The position numbers and the translations under genes are program-made. Of a DNA stretch of 42,453 nt, positions 1 through 7,421 are shown in pieces. This DNA comes from a virus. Within the stretch, counting starts at the first letter, position 1, and each line of letters begins with the position of its first letter. The notes beneath the pieces are model-generated. The model did no database searches. It worked only from the letters and a program-made list of their open reading frames with translations, and was not told the DNA's origin. Location: the IMG/VR virus record IMGVR_UViG_3300015199_000001, positions 1 to 42,453 of that record. One strand, written 5' to 3'.

Positions 1-127
1 CCCCCGATAACATTCTTTACAAGCAGGCGAACAAATCCGGCATCGACGGCATAAACCAAAATCTGGCCGACGCCTCCCGGCTTAACCTGCCTTACTCGTT
101 GGCCGATGCCGATCCGCGCCTTCGCAA
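1..127 (+). repeat. Terminal direct repeat copy 1 (identical to 42327..42453)
   Basis: Read directly: bases 1..127 equal bases 42327..42453. The repeat lies inside a coding frame. Confidence 0.95.
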
Positions 128-1373
128 TCTTGCGGGCAGCGCCTCGCGCCTCAACCAGGATGTCCGCGCCAACGCAGAGACGGCCATTGGCGACCGGCAA
201 ATGGGGCAGGCCGACCGTGCCGTGCAAGCCATCGACACACACCTTGCGCCTATCCCCAACATGACCGACCTGCGCGGCGGGCTACTCAAGCAAGCACAAA
301 GCGCCTCCAAGCCCCTTTATGAACAGGCCATGCAACAGCCCGCGCCCTATGACGCGACGATCAACGAGATGCTCGGCACGCCCGCTGGCTCAAGGGCCGT
401 TCGTTCAGGCTATGACATCGGCCTAAACCGGGGCGCTTCCCCCGCCGATTTGTCGTTCACGACTGGCGTTAACGGCGAGCCGATGATCCACGGGCAGCCC
501 AACTGGCGCACACTACAGCTCACCAAAATGGGGCTGGACAGTGCAGTCGAAAAGGCGCGCGACCCAATGACCGGCAAACTCAATCTTGCCGATCCCCAAG
601 TCGGCGCCCTTAATGACTTGCGCCAGAGGTTCGTGGCGCACCTCGGCTCGATCAATCCCGACTATGCGGCTGCAAACTCGGCCTATGCCCGCCCAATGGG
701 CTTTGCCGACGCGGCGGACAGGGGCTATTCCAACGCGTCGGGCGCGGTGCCGCCAGATCGTCTCGGGGCAAGTCTTGCCAACCTCAAGGCCGGCCAGCAG
801 CCCTTTTTCCAGCAAGGCTACGCTGGCGCGCTAGCCGACCAAGCCAACAAGGTGCGGCTATCGGGCGATCCATACACCTCAATTCACGGCTCCCCGGCGC
901 AGCAGGCCAAGATCGGTCAAGTGTTCCCTGACGGGGCGGCCAACTTTGCCCGCGTCCATGCGCTTGAAAAGGACATGGCCCGCACCGCCTACGAAACCAC
1001 TGGCGGGTCGCCCACCGCCGCACGCCAGGCCGCCGACGACCAGTTCGGCTCCCGCTTGCTCGGCCACGCCCTCGACATCGGCACGTCGGTAGCTTCCGGC
1101 GCTCCAACGCCGGGGATGTTCGCGGGGCTGCTGGGCAAGCGTCTTCCCGATGCCATCAAGTTCGGCGTCGGCAAGGCGGCACAAAAGAGCGCGGGGGAGA
1201 TAGGGCCAACGCTACTCGACCAAGACCCGGCCAAGGCTCAAGCGATACTCGCGCAGATCATTCAGTCGCGTAAGGCTTGGGATGATTATGTCGCCAAGAG
1301 CCGAGGCGCATTCGGTGCGCTGGGTGGCGTGGCTGCCGCCCCGTTTGGGTTTACTTCTGCTTCTCAGCAGTAA
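1..1373 (+). CDS. 3' part of the junction-spanning large virion/ejection protein gene (continues 40565..42326)
   Basis: Listed ORF 99..1373 is in the same frame as the stop-free frame from ATG 40565 once position 42327 is equated with position 1. Combined length about 3135 nt / 1044 aa. Gly/Ala/Pro-rich segments. Last big gene of the virion module. Confidence 0.65.
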   Translation, partial: PDNILYKQANKSGIDGINQNLADASRLNLPYSLADADPRLRNLAGSASRLNQDVRANAETAIGDRQMGQADRAVQAIDTHLAPIPNMTDLRGGLLKQAQSASKPLYEQAMQQPAPYDATINEMLGTPAGSRAVRSGYDIGLNRGASPADLSFTTGVNGEPMIHGQPNWRTLQLTKMGLDSAVEKARDPMTGKLNLADPQVGALNDLRQRFVAHLGSINPDYAAANSAYARPMGFADAADRGYSNASGAVPPDRLGASLANLKAGQQPFFQQGYAGALADQANKVRLSGDPYTSIHGSPAQQAKIGQVFPDGAANFARVHALEKDMARTAYETTGGSPTAARQAADDQFGSRLLGHALDIGTSVASGAPTPGMFAGLLGKRLPDAIKFGVGKAAQKSAGEIGPTLLDQDPAKAQAILAQIIQSRKAWDDYVAKSRGAFGALGGVAAAPFGFTSASQQ

Positions 1374-1488
1374 GCGCCCGCCACGTCCCGACGAAAAGTC
1401 CAGCGAGAAATAAGGTGAGCATTCCGTGCATCGCCTGATTCTCTAGCGCCAATCGCGCACCAAATCAACATAAATCAAAGGATAGCTG

Positions 1489-2148
1489 ATGGCTGATATT
1501 ACGGCGTGGTCATCGACCGAGGCCAGCAATACCGCCGTGAATGGCAACAACTGCCAAGCGGGGATGAGTCCGGGCCTGGTCGACAACTGCATCAGGGGCA
1601 TCATGGCCTGCGTCGCGGGCACCTTTTCCAGCCTCACCGCCGCCATGACCAACTTCTACAGCGGCGCGGCCCCGCTCCAGCTCGCTAACGGCGGCACGGC
1701 GGGAACGACTGCCGCGACAGCCCGTACCGGGTTGGGCCTTGGCACCTCGTCAGTCCTCGATGAAACCACGGCGGCCCAATTCCGCGCCAACACGGCGAGC
1801 AAAGTCCTTTCGACCGACAAGGTATGGTCGGCGGCGGCGGCGGTTGTCTTAACCCCCGGCGCCAGTGTCGCGCTCGATCTTTCGGCTGGCCTCAACTTCA
1901 CGCTCGCAATGGGTGGTAACTACACGCTGGCCAGCTTCACCAACGGCAAGGCGGGCCAATCGGGGGTCATCGAGGTAACGCAAGACGCCACCGGGACGCG
2001 GACACTGGCTTACGGCGCCGCTTATCTGAAAGCGGGCGGCACGGCCCCCGTGCTTTCGACGGCGATCAATTCCAAGGATTTGCTGTTCTACCAAGTGCTG
2101 GCAAACGGCACTCAGGCCTATATCAGCCTTATCAAGGCGATTGCGTGA
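1489..2148 (+). CDS. Tail fibre protein
   Basis: N-terminus ADITAWSSTEASNTAVNG..GMSPGLVDNCIRGIMA and the motif ANGGTAGTTAATARTGLGLG resemble conserved fibre N-termini of alphaproteobacterial phages/GTAs (from memory). Follows the ejection-protein genes. Confidence 0.6.
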   Translation: MADITAWSSTEASNTAVNGNNCQAGMSPGLVDNCIRGIMACVAGTFSSLTAAMTNFYSGAAPLQLANGGTAGTTAATARTGLGLGTSSVLDETTAAQFRANTASKVLSTDKVWSAAAAVVLTPGASVALDLSAGLNFTLAMGGNYTLASFTNGKAGQSGVIEVTQDATGTRTLAYGAAYLKAGGTAPVLSTAINSKDLLFYQVLANGTQAYISLIKAIA

Positions 2149-2522
2149 TGCTGCCAGGGATAGGCGGCCTCACGGGACTGATTGATGGTGGCCTGGATAC
2201 CCAAACGGTTACGGTTGGCAAGGGCCTTACGCCAACCCGCTGGGGTTATGATGGCGGCGTCCCTTACGGCTCAATCGTCGATGGCACCTCCAACATTTAC
2301 GCGGGCGGCGCGATCAACTGGCTCTACTGGAATGCCAGCGTCTCAACCCTGAACCTCGACATCACCGGCGCAACCAATAGCGGCTGGGTGACGGTGACAG
2401 TTGGGGGCGTGGACTTCGCGCGGTCGGCGGCAACGTTCGCCGGAACCACGTGGACATGGGCAGGCGCCGCCAACCCGTTCGGCACCACCATCGGCGCTAG
2501 TGTCGTGGCGACGTTCTCGTGA
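2145..2522 (+). CDS. Hypothetical fibre-associated protein (125 aa)
   Basis: GTGA/ATG coupled to the fibre gene. Gly/Thr-rich. Confidence 0.45.
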   Translation: MMLPGIGGLTGLIDGGLDTQTVTVGKGLTPTRWGYDGGVPYGSIVDGTSNIYAGGAINWLYWNASVSTLNLDITGATNSGWVTVTVGGVDFARSAATFAGTTWTWAGAANPFGTTIGASVVATFS

Positions 2523-2794
2523 CCCCCGACATCGACATTCGTGTCCAGCTAGAGCGCATGGAGGGCACGATCAACCTCACCAATCAGAAGATGGATACGG
2601 TGGCGGCCAACGTCAGCGACCTCAAACGCGAAGTGTCGCAGCATGGGGACCGCATCGGCAAGCTGGAGGCAACCGGCAACATCGCGCTTGGTGAACGCCG
2701 GGGCATCGGCCTTGCGGCCAAGATCATGTATGCCGCTGGCGGTGGTGGCCTCATCGGCGCGGCGGTGTTCGTCGCGCGGGCGTTCGGCGTATGA
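2519..2794 (+). CDS. Coiled-coil protein with C-terminal transmembrane helix (XhlA-like architecture)
   Basis: GTGA coupling. N-terminal heptad-like region, then the hydrophobic tail GLAAKIMYAAGGGGLIGAAVFVA. Confidence 0.4.
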   Translation: MTPDIDIRVQLERMEGTINLTNQKMDTVAANVSDLKREVSQHGDRIGKLEATGNIALGERRGIGLAAKIMYAAGGGGLIGAAVFVARAFGV

Positions 2795-3024
2795 CCGATA
2801 GCCAGAAACAGGCGCTGGCCCTCGCGGTCGGGGTCGATCTCATCAACCATTGGGACGCGATAGCCAAAGAGCCGCTGCCCGATGATTTCACCGAACTACT
2901 CGCACTACTGTCCGAAACGACCAAGGGAGCAGACTTTGCCCAAGGGAACGAACGACAATCCGCGCATTCTAATTTTGGACATAGAGACGAAGCTGATCCC
3001 AGTTCTGACGTTCGGGATTCGTGA
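2791..3024 (+). CDS. NepR-like anti-sigma factor candidate (77 aa)
   Basis: ATGA-coupled start. The core VGVDLINHWDAIAKEPLPDDFTELLALL matches the remembered NepR signature IGxxLRxxY-x5-EP(I/L/V)PDxFxxLLxxL. The 3' ~90 nt overlap the next gene. Confidence 0.5.
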   Translation: MTDSQKQALALAVGVDLINHWDAIAKEPLPDDFTELLALLSETTKGADFAQGNERQSAHSNFGHRDEADPSSDVRDS

Positions 3025-3682
3025 CCAATACCTAGACATAAAACAGATCGTCGACATCCCCGATAGCGCGCGGGGCGTTCACATGATTGGCTTGAAATGG
3101 GCCGGTGAGCGCAAGACTACGGTGCTTACCGAGTGGGGGCATGGCTACGAGGGTATGATCCGGCGCACCCGCGACTTGCTTGATGAGGCGGACGGCGTGG
3201 TCGGGTTCAATCACGCCAACTTCGACATGAAGAAGCTGGACGGCCAATTCGCCCTTCTCGGTCTTGCCCCGCCCAAGCCGCCCACCAACATCGACATTTT
3301 CAAGACGGCTCGGCAGATGGGCTTTCCCTCGTCCAAGCTAGACTATATCGCCCAAGCGTTTGGCATCGGTAAGAAGGTCAAACACCCAGGCATCGAGATG
3401 TGGCGGGACGTGCTGAACGGGTGCCCCAAGGCGCAGAAGCGGATGACCAAGTATTGCGCGGGCGATGTCACGCTGACCGAGGAGGTCTATTACCGCCTGC
3501 TTCCCTACATCAAGAACCACCCGCACCTTCCCGGACGGCAGGGCGACAAGTGTCCGAATTGCGGCACGGGGACACTGACCGGCCAAGGGGTGAAGGCTAG
3601 CCGATACTTCCTAGTGCAAAGCCTGAAATGCAATCAGTGCGGGGCGTGGTCGCAGGGTCAGCGAAAGAAGATCGCAGCATAG
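2936..3682 (+). CDS. DnaQ/RNase H-fold 3'-5' exonuclease with C-terminal zinc ribbon
   Basis: Motifs ILILDIET, GFNHANFD and YCAGDV, then CPNCG..CNQCG. TTG 2936 is preferred because AAGGGAG lies 6 nt upstream; ATG 2882 is an alternative start. Confidence 0.6.
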   Translation: MPKGTNDNPRILILDIETKLIPVLTFGIRDQYLDIKQIVDIPDSARGVHMIGLKWAGERKTTVLTEWGHGYEGMIRRTRDLLDEADGVVGFNHANFDMKKLDGQFALLGLAPPKPPTNIDIFKTARQMGFPSSKLDYIAQAFGIGKKVKHPGIEMWRDVLNGCPKAQKRMTKYCAGDVTLTEEVYYRLLPYIKNHPHLPGRQGDKCPNCGTGTLTGQGVKASRYFLVQSLKCNQCGAWSQGQRKKIAA

Positions 3683-3765
3683 CAAAGCCCGCCGCTCCGG
3701 GGGGTGGGGGGCGGCGGGCTGATAGTCCAAGGCTGGCCGTCTCTCGCAATCGGGTCAGCCTCGCT
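3683..3765 (-). ncRNA. Candidate short antisense transcript from an EcfG-type promoter to the 3687..3719 hairpin
   Basis: GGAAC-N16-CGTT on the minus strand at 3796..3772. A hairpin plus UUUGC lies about 80 nt downstream. Confidence 0.2.
3687..3719. terminator. GC-rich hairpin (GCCCGCCGC / GCGGCGGGC), possibly a bidirectional terminator
   Basis: 9-bp perfect stem directly after the exonuclease stop. The U-run (TTTGC) is on the minus-strand side. Confidence 0.45.
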
Positions 3766-3771
3766 TAGTCC

Positions 3772-3796
3772 AACGGACTAAGCCCGCCTTTGTTCC
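3772..3796 (-). promoter_or_regulatory. Perfect match to the general-stress sigma (EcfG) promoter consensus GGAAC-N16-CGTT
   Basis: The minus strand reads GGAACaaaggcgggcttagtcCGTT. It lies in the 125-bp gap between the exonuclease and endolysin genes. Confidence 0.3.
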
Positions 3797-3807
3797 GAGG
3801 GGGTTCC

Positions 3808-4323
3808 ATGCGCTCAAATTTTGACGCCTCGCTGGCCGCTGTCCTCAAGTCCGAGGGCGGCTATAGCAACGATCCGCAAGACCCCGGCGGCCGAACCAAT
3901 CGCGGCGTCACGCAAGCGGTCTATGACGCATGGCGGGTCGATCACGGGCTGGCGCTACAGTCGGTCAAGTTCATCACGCCTGCTGAAATCTGTGCTGTAT
4001 ATAAAAGGCGCTACTGGGACTCTGTGTCGGGCGACGCCATGCCATCGGGGCTGGATTATTGCCTATTCGACTTCGGCGTCAACAGCGGCCCCGGCAGGGC
4101 GGCTCGCTATCTGCAAGAGGCGCTGATGGTCAATGTCGACGGCAAGATCGGCCCGGCGACAATGGCGGCGGTTGCCGAGGGCGTGGTTCCGACACTGATC
4201 GACGACATTTGCGACTTGCGGCTCAAGTTCCTCCAGGGCCTGCCGACCTTTGGCCACTTCGGCAAGGGCTGGACGGCCCGCGTTGCCGATGTCCGCGCAC
4301 GAGCGAAGGGAATGGCGAAGTGA
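3808..4323 (+). CDS. Endolysin, glycoside hydrolase family 108 N-acetylmuramidase with C-terminal peptidoglycan-binding domain
   Basis: EGGYSNDPQDPGGRTNRGVTQ signature, plus DGKIGPATMAAV and GWTARV motifs. GAGGGGG Shine-Dalgarno before ATG 3808. Confidence 0.85.
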   Translation: MRSNFDASLAAVLKSEGGYSNDPQDPGGRTNRGVTQAVYDAWRVDHGLALQSVKFITPAEICAVYKRRYWDSVSGDAMPSGLDYCLFDFGVNSGPGRAARYLQEALMVNVDGKIGPATMAAVAEGVVPTLIDDICDLRLKFLQGLPTFGHFGKGWTARVADVRARAKGMAK

Positions 4324-4631
4324 AGCAATTCCTGCGCGACCTGTTTACCGGGGTAAATAATCAGGCGTGGGAGCTGGGCCGCATCAGCTCCGCATGGGCG
4401 ATATTCACGACCTCCGCCCTCGCCGGTTACAAGGTCTATGCGGGCCAGGCATTCGCGCTGACCGAATACGCCACGGCAATGATGATTGTGTTCACCGGGT
4501 GCGCCATTTTCATCGGCGGGAAGGATATGGCGAAGGCGGGCGCCAACAAGGTCGATCCCGCCACGTCCAGCACCGTTGCGACCGTAACCACGACGACGGT
4601 TACGCCGCCTAACGGGGGGGCGCAACCATGA
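4320..4631 (+). CDS. Holin candidate (two transmembrane helices, 103 aa)
   Basis: GTGA overlap with the endolysin stop. Hydrophobic helices ISSAWAIFTTSALAGY and ATAMMIVFTGCAIFIGG. Confidence 0.55.
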   Translation: MKQFLRDLFTGVNNQAWELGRISSAWAIFTTSALAGYKVYAGQAFALTEYATAMMIVFTGCAIFIGGKDMAKAGANKVDPATSSTVATVTTTTVTPPNGGAQP

Positions 4632-5083
4632 TCCTGTTCGCCTTGCTGGCGCCCTATGCCGCGTTCCTGCCGACCGTGCCGGGCGCGATCAACCCCGCCG
4701 TGACGCAGGCCAATATTCACCAGACGATATGCGTAAGCGGCTGGACCAAGACGGTGCGCCCGCCGACAAGCTACACGAACAAGATCAAGCGCAACCTGAT
4801 GGTGTCGCTACATTTGCCGGGCAAGGCATCCGACTACGAACTCGACCACGAGCTATCAATCGAGGACGGCGGCGACCCGTCAAGCCTGCTGAACCTATGG
4901 ATGCAGCCCTACGCCGGACAATGGGGCGCGCGGACCAAGGACAAGATCGAAACCCGCCTCAAGACGCTAGTTTGCAAGGGCGCCATCACGCTCGCCACGG
5001 CGCAGTATGAACTGCAAACGGACTGGATTGCATCCTACAAAACCAGGATCGGAGCGACAGCCGTTACGCCGCCGAACGCCTAA
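4628..5083 (+). CDS. Secreted or membrane-anchored His-Me finger (HNH-like) protein
   Basis: N-terminal signal-like MILFALLAPYAAFLPTVPGA. Contains VTQANIHQTICVSGWTKTVRPPTSYT and YELDHELSIEDGG..NLW, resembling a conserved secreted HNH-like family (from memory). Confidence 0.5.
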   Translation: MILFALLAPYAAFLPTVPGAINPAVTQANIHQTICVSGWTKTVRPPTSYTNKIKRNLMVSLHLPGKASDYELDHELSIEDGGDPSSLLNLWMQPYAGQWGARTKDKIETRLKTLVCKGAITLATAQYELQTDWIASYKTRIGATAVTPPNA

Positions 5084-5091
5084 GCGAGCAT

Positions 5092-5331
5092 TTAACCGCC
5101 CTTCGCTTTCACCATGGCGGCGTAGGTTTCCATCGTGGCTCGGCGCTGGCTATCTAGCACCTTGCCCACCAGTGATTCACCAGAAACCAGCCGGGGCGCT
5201 TCCCAATAGGTTCGTCCCTCATGCTCGATAAGCTGTCGCCGAAAATTGGCCGCTGCGCAATCCGGGATGCCCCCATCGCACGACCCGAAAATCAGCAACC
5301 GCTCTAGTCTCTGTTCGTCGGTCTCAGCCAT
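5092..5331 (-). CDS. Hypothetical protein (79 aa), the only reverse-strand gene in the late arm
   Basis: Clean ORF that fills the gap. Divergent from the protease gene. Confidence 0.45.
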   Translation of the reverse strand: MAETDEQRLERLLIFGSCDGGIPDCAAANFRRQLIEHEGRTYWEAPRLVSGESLVGKVLDSQRRATMETYAAMVKAKGG

Positions 5332-5367
5332 GCACCCCAGCTAGCATAAATCGGGTGCCTTAGTCAA

Positions 5368-5381
5368 GTTCCGGGGGGAAC
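5368..5381. promoter_or_regulatory. 14-bp palindrome GTTCCGGGGGGAAC in the divergent intergenic region
   Basis: Read directly. Ends 7 nt upstream of ATG 5389. Confidence 0.3.
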
Positions 5382-5388
5382 TGTCACC

Positions 5389-5976
5389 ATGATCCGAAAT
5401 GCGCTGCTCGCCTTGGCGGGCCTGTCACTAGCCGTGCCTGCCGTTCCTCAAGATGCGTTCCCGTCGCCGTTCGAGCTTTCCTTCGCCACCGTCCCCCGCC
5501 TCGATTGCGGCGAAGCGCGCGGTTCCGGCGTCCGCCTATCCGATACTCTTGTCATCACCGCCGCGCACGTCATGTTCGATGAAAAGGATAACTCAACCCG
5601 CCAGTGCAAAGCCTTCGGTCAGCCGATGACAAACGTTGTCCGGCTTCCGGGCCTTGACGTTGCCACCGGCCAAGCCGCGATGGAGGACGGCTTTCGCGCC
5701 ATTGTCTCCTGCGACGGCATTCAGGAAGGCCGCGTTTATATGGCAATGGGCTATCCCGACGGGGACGCGCCCGACGTGCAAATGCTTATCGGCACTAACC
5801 GAAAGGCCGCGCCACACCAGGCCATTCTTAAGGGGCGGGTTTACCACGGCATGAGCGGCGGCGCCGTCATCGAACAATCGACCGGGCGGGTGGTGGCCAT
5901 CATCAATGCGCTGAACCCCGACTATCCGCTAACCTTCGTCACGCCGTTAAGCGAAACTTACTTGTGCAAATCCTAG
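5389..5976 (+). CDS. Secreted trypsin-like (S1 fold) serine protease
   Basis: Signal peptide MIRNALLALAGLSLAVPAVP. His motif VITAAHV and Ser motif GMSGGAV. Confidence 0.6.
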   Translation: MIRNALLALAGLSLAVPAVPQDAFPSPFELSFATVPRLDCGEARGSGVRLSDTLVITAAHVMFDEKDNSTRQCKAFGQPMTNVVRLPGLDVATGQAAMEDGFRAIVSCDGIQEGRVYMAMGYPDGDAPDVQMLIGTNRKAAPHQAILKGRVYHGMSGGAVIEQSTGRVVAIINALNPDYPLTFVTPLSETYLCKS

Positions 5977-5986
5977 CAGTGGGCTT

Positions 5987-6010
5987 GGCAGACGGCGGCC
6001 CCGGTCTGCC
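5987..6010 (+). terminator. Hairpin GGCAGAC-N10-GTCTGCC after the protease gene
   Basis: 7-bp perfect stem 11 nt after the stop codon. No T-run. Confidence 0.3.
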
Positions 6011-6113
6011 AGCGGGAAATGCTACGCTTAGCGGCGTGTGCCGTCCGCTGGCGGGGCTTGTGCGCCCTAGCGGGATCACTCCGCTCGAACGTCGCCTTGC
6101 TGCGGGTTTGCTA

Positions 6114-6153
6114 CCAATCCAACGCCGCAACCAATGCTTGCGTTACCCGATTT
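6114..6153 (+). repeat. 40-bp perfect direct repeat, copy 1
   Basis: CCAATCCAACGCCGCAACCAATGCTTGCGTTACCCGATTT, identical to 6308..6347. Confidence 0.95.
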
Positions 6154-6307
6154 CAGGGGCGCGGTCAAGCGGTAGGTTGGTTGCGGGCCGGGCTTGATAC
6201 CGGCGAGTTATTCCGACGTGTCAATTCGGCGTCTCGGCTTTGACCTGCCTAAGCGCACACTCAACTGCGCTGCCGCAACCATGGCTACGTCACGCGACCG
6301 AGAAACC

Positions 6308-6347
6308 CCAATCCAACGCCGCAACCAATGCTTGCGTTACCCGATTT
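6308..6347 (+). repeat. 40-bp perfect direct repeat, copy 2, ending 15 nt before the Rz start codon
   Basis: Identical to 6114..6153. Contains AAC-N17-CGTT. Confidence 0.95.
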
Positions 6348-6362
6348 TCGGAGTATAGTCAA

Positions 6363-6875
6363 ATGCCAATCTTGCTCGCCATTTGGGACTTTGCGAAGCG
6401 CCTGAACCTGTCGCAAATCGCGCTGGTCGGCGTTGTCGCGCTGGCCCTCATGTTTCGGGTCCAACTCGGCCTGGAGCGTCGCCACAGCGGGCATTTGACC
6501 GTGCGGGTCAACGAACTGACCGCTCTTCGCGCAACCGACCGGGCATCATACGTAAAGGCCCAAGCCGACGCGGCGGACAAGAACCGCGCCGAGGTCAAGG
6601 CAATCGAGCAACGCCAGGAGGCGATAACCAATGACGTGCAAGCCAATCTTACTGATCGCCTTGAGCGCCTTCGCCGCGAGCTGCGCCAAGGAACTGCCGC
6701 CCCTCAGGGTTCTACCAGTAGCGCCGGAGCATCCCCGAATGGCAAATCCGGGGCCGGAACTCCTCAGGCGACCGGGCTGTGTCTTGAGGCCGATCAGCTT
6801 TTGCGAGCCGCAGAAAACGAGGAACGGCACGACCGCCTGATAGATTGGGTCGAGCAACAGCTTAAGGCGCGCTAG
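6363..6875 (+). CDS. Rz: i-spanin (Rz-like)
   Basis: GGAG Shine-Dalgarno. N-terminal TM helix LSQIALVGVVALALMF, long charged coiled coil, and an embedded lipoprotein ORF in the +1 frame. Confidence 0.7.
   Translation: MPILLAIWDFAKRLNLSQIALVGVVALALMFRVQLGLERRHSGHLTVRVNELTALRATDRASYVKAQADAADKNRAEVKAIEQRQEAITNDVQANLTDRLERLRRELRQGTAAPQGSTSSAGASPNGKSGAGTPQATGLCLEADQLLRAAENEERHDRLIDWVEQQLKAR
6631..6840 (+). CDS. Rz1: o-spanin (Rz1-like lipoprotein) embedded in Rz
   Basis: Signal plus lipobox-like LSAFAAS|C. Short proline-rich mature part. Lies entirely inside 6363..6875 in another frame. Confidence 0.65.
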   Translation: MTCKPILLIALSAFAASCAKELPPLRVLPVAPEHPRMANPGPELLRRPGCVLRPISFCEPQKTRNGTTA

Positions 6876-7197
6876 GCGGGGATTCTTGAGGGTTGTCAGG
6901 CGAAGTAGCGCCGTCGCCAGGCTCCAGGTAAAGGGCAAGCGGCGAGACGTTTTGCAACGAGTTGAAACGCGCATGGTCGCCGCTACCGTCGTATGGCCGC
7001 AGCGCGCGCAGATAGCGCTCCTGTGCGGTGCCAAGCAGGCTCAGCGCCTCAGCAATACGGGGAATGGCGAGGATGCGGTCGGCAAGTTCCGCGCAGCCCT
7101 CGTAGAACTCAGCGCGGGTGCATTCGACATCCGACTCAGGCCCGTCGATGTGGTCGATTACAAGCGCCGCCACCTCATCCCTTAAGCTATCCATCAT
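6862..7197 (-). CDS. Hypothetical protein (111 aa), last gene of the T5orf172 cassette
   Basis: ATGA coupling to the upstream ORF. Its 3' end converges on, and overlaps, the Rz stop. Confidence 0.5.
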   Translation of the reverse strand: MMDSLRDEVAALVIDHIDGPESDVECTRAEFYEGCAELADRILAIPRIAEALSLLGTAQERYLRALRPYDGSGDHARFNSLQNVSPLALYLEPGDGATSPDNPQESPPSAP

Positions 7198-7421
7198 TGG
7201 CCTCCTGTCTCGGCGTGGCGCGATTTCCACCAACCAAAGGCGGCGTTGGCGCTTGCAAAAGTTTTGGCGGCGTATCGCTGATCGCCGACGCAAATGACCC
7301 ACCGATCGTTACTCAATCGCTCAATCATTGCAACAACCCAACCGCCAGCGCACAAAATCCGAGTGCTGTCCTTGTCGTATCGCTCCGCGCGATAGGCGAC
7401 ATCAGTTTTTACCGTCATCAC
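7194..7421 (-). CDS. Hypothetical protein (75 aa)
   Basis: ATGA-coupled on both sides. Confidence 0.5.
   Translation of the reverse strand: MMTVKTDVAYRAERYDKDSTRILCAGGWVVAMIERLSNDRWVICVGDQRYAAKTFASANAAFGWWKSRHAETGGQ

Noticed and set aside
1-127. Physical direct terminal repeats or a cos site
   Set aside because: The repeat sits in the middle of a continuous coding frame, and its length (127) equals a common maximum assembler k-mer. A circularisation overlap is more likely. Read-end data would be needed to say more.
2519-2794. Calling this ORF the holin
   Set aside because: It has a single C-terminal TM and a coiled coil, and it is separated from the endolysin by two unrelated genes. The two-TM ORF overlapping the endolysin stop is a better holin. 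It is kept only as XhlA-like architecture.
4059-4319. Long N-terminal extension of the holin frame (listed ORF 4059..4631)
   Set aside because: The extension fully overlaps the well-supported GH108 endolysin in another frame and is Arg/Gly-rich. A GTG at 4320 overlapping the endolysin stop gives a sensible two-TM holin.
3748-6346. 8-mer ACCCGATT recurring in four intergenic places (3748..3755 minus, 5349..5356 minus, 6145..6152, 6339..6346)
   Set aside because: The motif is short and its spacing to start codons and to the putative -10 elements is inconsistent. A fifth copy lies inside a coding region (35681..35688). Two of the four are simply part of the 40-bp repeat.
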